From an uncultured Gammaproteobacteria bacterium (lineage in GTDB: Bacteria; Pseudomonadota; Gammaproteobacteria; Steroidobacterales; JABDLF01), in assembly GCA_963759075.1 (NCBI GenBank), contig CAVWXZ010000004.1, positions 5,677-69,676 of the forward strand: DNA of 64,000 bases. Reading direction: 5' to 3'. Under the pieces are notes generated by a model that was given only the letters and a program-made list of their open reading frames with translations, was not told the origin of the DNA and made no database searches. Of the stretch, positions 61,062 to 64,000 are shown piece by piece (the stretch's first letter is position 1; the number at the start of each line of letters is the position of its first letter). The translations under genes and the position numbers were made by a program.

Positions 61062-62176
61062 TTATTCGACCCGCTGGCTGATTTTTATGCTGACAGGCGG
61101 CATGTTGCTGCTGACGTCCAGCGTCTGCTCGCCGAACAGGTCGCCGGGCTGGGCCACGGGTGTTCCGCCGAGCGCTATGCGCGCGACAATTTCTATCTGG
61201 CTGACGCTACTCAGGTTGCGGCCAGCCACCATGGCGTCGTCGTCGCTGAGTTCGAGCGTGAACGGCAGATCCCTGACGCTCATGCGCCGGGCTGCCAGCG
61301 GTGGACCCGGCGATGTGCTGCGGGCAAGAACGAACACCGGCGTGCCAGGCGGCACAGAACCGAGCACTCCGGGCTCGGCCGACACGCTCACTCGAATTAC
61401 GGGCGGGCCACTTGCCTCTGTGGGCTGGGCCGACTCGCTGGCGGCTTGCGGTACCGGCGCCGGGGTCGCCGCCGGGGTCGCCGCCGGGCGCTAAGCTCCT
61501 TCGGCGGTGACGGCATCGCGGCCAAAGGCATCACTTGCGCGCTCATCCGGCTCTGCGCATCACTGATCCGTTCCTCCAGTATAGGGCGCAGCGTTTCCGG
61601 CGGCGCCTGGCTCAGGAGTTGCTGCCAGCGGGACACAGCGAGCCCGAACTGTGACTGCTCGTAGGCAGACATTCCGCCGTACCAGAGCCCGCGCGGATCA
61701 TTCGGTCGCTCCGCGAGAATCTGTTCGAACATCTGGCCGGCCTCGCCCGTCAGCTGACTCTGATCTGCAAGGACCGTCGCCTCGGCATAAAAAGCAAGCA
61801 CGTCGAGGTTATCGTTGCCCGCGAGTTTGCGCGCCTGGGCATAGGCAGTGGCTGCATCACCGTAGCGTGCCATCATTGTGAAAGACTTCCCCAGCATCAT
61901 CCATTCATCGAGACTGCCGCCCTCGCGCTGCAGGCGATTTGCCAGTTGCTCGACGATGACTGCGAGGTCTTGCTGCTGGGCATGGGGGGCCGGGTCGGGC
62001 GCTCGCCAGCTGCCAAGCGACAGGTAGATGCCAAGAGCCAGCGCCGGCACGCCGAGCCCGGTGACGAGAAACACCAGGTACCGGGGCGAATCCGACTTCG
62101 CGCGCATCACCGGATAAAGCAAGGCCGCGACTGCCGCGATTGACAGGACAATCGTTATAATCCAAAACACAGTCAT
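61062..62176 (-). CDS. ccmI: Cytochrome c biogenesis protein CcmI/CycH (TPR), frameshift near 61400-61500
   Basis: N-terminal TM segments, Y..LG, TPR helices, C-terminal VFVLAR..GPPLA..LP..LSD..AM..ARI. Confidence 0.85.
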
Positions 62177-62610
62177 TTCGTGGCCTTTTGATCGAGGTCA
62201 TCCTGACCCTCGTTGGGTCCGGTGCCGCCGGCCTGTCGACGCACAACCCGGACGAGAATAAATATGCCAAGCAGCAGAAACAGCGCGGGCGCAGCCCAGA
62301 GAAACCAGTTCTTGGGAGTAAATCGCGGCCGATAAAGCACGAAATCCCCGTAGCGGTCCGTCATGTAGGCGAGGATTTCGTCGTCGCTGCGGCCTTCGAG
62401 CAGCATCGTTCTGACCTGATCGCGAAGGTCTTTTGCAAGGTCTGAATTGGAATCGGCGATGTTCTGGTTCTGACATACCAGGCAACGCAGCTCCCAGGTC
62501 AGCTCTTCGAAGCGCGCCTGCAGCGCCGGATCTTCGAGCGTGCCTTCGCTGTCGATGGCCAGTGCGCCAGCGGCGAACGCCATCATGAATATGACGAGAA
62601 TTACGCGCAT
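62173..62610 (-). CDS. ccmH: Cytochrome c biogenesis protein CcmH
   Basis: LRCLVCQNQNIADSN, RYGDFVLYRP. Confidence 0.95.
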   Translation of the reverse strand: MRVILVIFMMAFAAGALAIDSEGTLEDPALQARFEELTWELRCLVCQNQNIADSNSDLAKDLRDQVRTMLLEGRSDDEILAYMTDRYGDFVLYRPRFTPKNWFLWAAPALFLLLGIFILVRVVRRQAGGTGPNEGQDDLDQKATK

Positions 62611-62614
62611 GAAA

Positions 62615-63142
62615 TTATTGACTCCCGAGTTGCCTGACCAGTGGCATGATCCGGGACTTGATTATGTCCGGGGTGACCGGGCCAATGTGCTTGTAGCGAA
62701 CGACGCCGCTCTTGTCGATCACGAATGTTTCTGGCGCGCCGTAAACACCCCAGTCGATGCCCGCTTTACCCTCCTCATCAAAGGCGTTTGCCACGTAGGG
62801 GTCACCGAGCTGTTGCAGCCAGCCGAGGGCCGCGGGGCGATCGTCTTTGTAATTGAGGCCATAGATCGGCACTTCGCCAGTTTGCGCAAGCCGCAAAAGT
62901 GTCTCGTGTTCCTGGCGGCAGCCCGCGCACCAGGTTGCCCAGACATTGAGCAAGCTGACCGTTCCCTGGAGGTTGCGTTCGGTGATCCGCTGCGTGGGAT
63001 CTTTCAGTGCCGGCAGGTCGAAAGCCGGCGCCGGCTTGCCAATCAGCGGCGACGGGACTTCGGAGGGATCGAGTTGCAGACCCTTAAAAAATACGGCGAC
63101 CAGCAGCGCGAAGGCTGCAACGGGCACCAGTGACTTCCACAT
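62615..63142 (-). CDS. dsbE: Thiol:disulfide interchange protein DsbE/CcmG
   Basis: PSPLIGKPAP, NVWATWCAGC, GVYGAPETF. Confidence 0.95.
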   Translation of the reverse strand: MWKSLVPVAAFALLVAVFFKGLQLDPSEVPSPLIGKPAPAFDLPALKDPTQRITERNLQGTVSLLNVWATWCAGCRQEHETLLRLAQTGEVPIYGLNYKDDRPAALGWLQQLGDPYVANAFDEEGKAGIDWGVYGAPETFVIDKSGVVRYKHIGPVTPDIIKSRIMPLVRQLGSQ

Positions 63143-64000
63143 CAGGTTGCTTCCCCGCCCACCATCGCGCCGGTCCGTGCGGTTACGTCCTCTCGCACGC
63201 GGTAACGCTTGTCGCTGGCAGCAAGCAGTCCGCCGAGCGCCATCAGCAGGGCCCCGAGCCAGATAAACCGGATCAGCGGCTTGTACTGCAGGCGCACGCT
63301 CCAGCTGTCTCCGCCCAGCGGATCGCCAAGGGCCACATAGATGTCGCGGCGCAGTCCCGCATCGATCGCGGATTCTGTCATGGGCATGGTTTGCACGCGA
63401 TAAACGCGCTTCTGCGGATTAAGTGTCTCGATCAGCTGGTCGCCTTTATACAGACCGATCTCGGCTTCGGACGCGCTATAGTTGGGCCCGTCCTTCGCCT
63501 GCATGCCCTCAAAAGTAAAGCGGTAGCCCGCCACTTCAACGCTGTCGCCCGGCTGCATGGCAAGGTCCCGCTCAACGCTGAAACTGCTGGTGACGGTGAC
63601 ACCCAGTACGAACAGGCCGACGCCGACATGGGCGAGGGTCATGCCCAGCACGCTGCGCGGCAAGTGCGGAAACCGAGCGTTTCCGCCACATGGTGGCGAG
63701 CGGCTCAGCCAGCGCCGAGACAATTATCCAGAAAGCGGCAAACAGGCCGACGAAGGTCAGTACGCTGCTGGCGCCATATACGACGAGCCCCAGCACCAGC
63801 ATCGCAAATACGCCCGCAACGAATGGCCAGAGCAGCTTTGACCTGATGGCCGCAAAGTTGTCGCTGTGCCATTTGACGTGGGGACCAACGCCCAGCAGCA
63901 GCACCAGCGGCAGCATCGGCACCAGGAAGACAGCAGCGAAATACGGCTCGCCGACACTGATCTTGCCAAGCCCCAGCGAATCCAGGATCAAAGGATAGAG
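63142..64000 (-). CDS. ccmF: Heme lyase CcmF, 3' part (runs off window), frameshift near 63700
   Basis: LYPLILD..KISVG.PYF, GMTLAHVG, GPNY, PQKRVY..MTE, YKPLIRFIWLG. Confidence 0.93.

Noticed and set aside
1-64000. tRNA, rRNA, prophage or defence-system genes
   Set aside because: None recognised by eye; a covariance-model search would be needed to exclude small RNAs.

Overview
64 kb of a GC-rich gammaproteobacterial chromosome (taxon inferred from the gamma-type dif site, LexA box and gene content). It spans the replication terminus: a near-canonical XerC/XerD dif site lies at 19848-19875. Left of dif are a hydrolase, feoAB (with a Fur-like box), a short AMP nucleosidase, and a ~15 kb patchwork of unrelated accessory genes. 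Right of dif are a disrupted flavin monooxygenase, a light/oxidative-damage cluster (nei, glutathione peroxidase, DUF3429, renalase-like, domain-inverted photolyase), a BigR/SqrR-type repressor with operator and RND pump, and a MOSC + NifS-like operon. These are followed by a long type II IDH and glcB, copA, an SDR/ACAD/kinase trio, malQ-glgX-glgB-glgP, glk-edd-pgl-zwf and the ccmI/H/G/F genes. The most unusual structure is at 14.1-16.8 kb. There a DUF222-HNH nuclease gene has a sigma70 promoter overlapped by a LexA box and carries in-frame palindromes. It is bracketed by two 88-bp direct repeats, each with terminal inverted arms and a central IHF consensus site, and a related arm also bounds the neighbouring mddA-like gene. 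Many conserved genes show single-base frameshifts, most likely long-read consensus errors. All calls come from motif recognition by eye; no searches were run.
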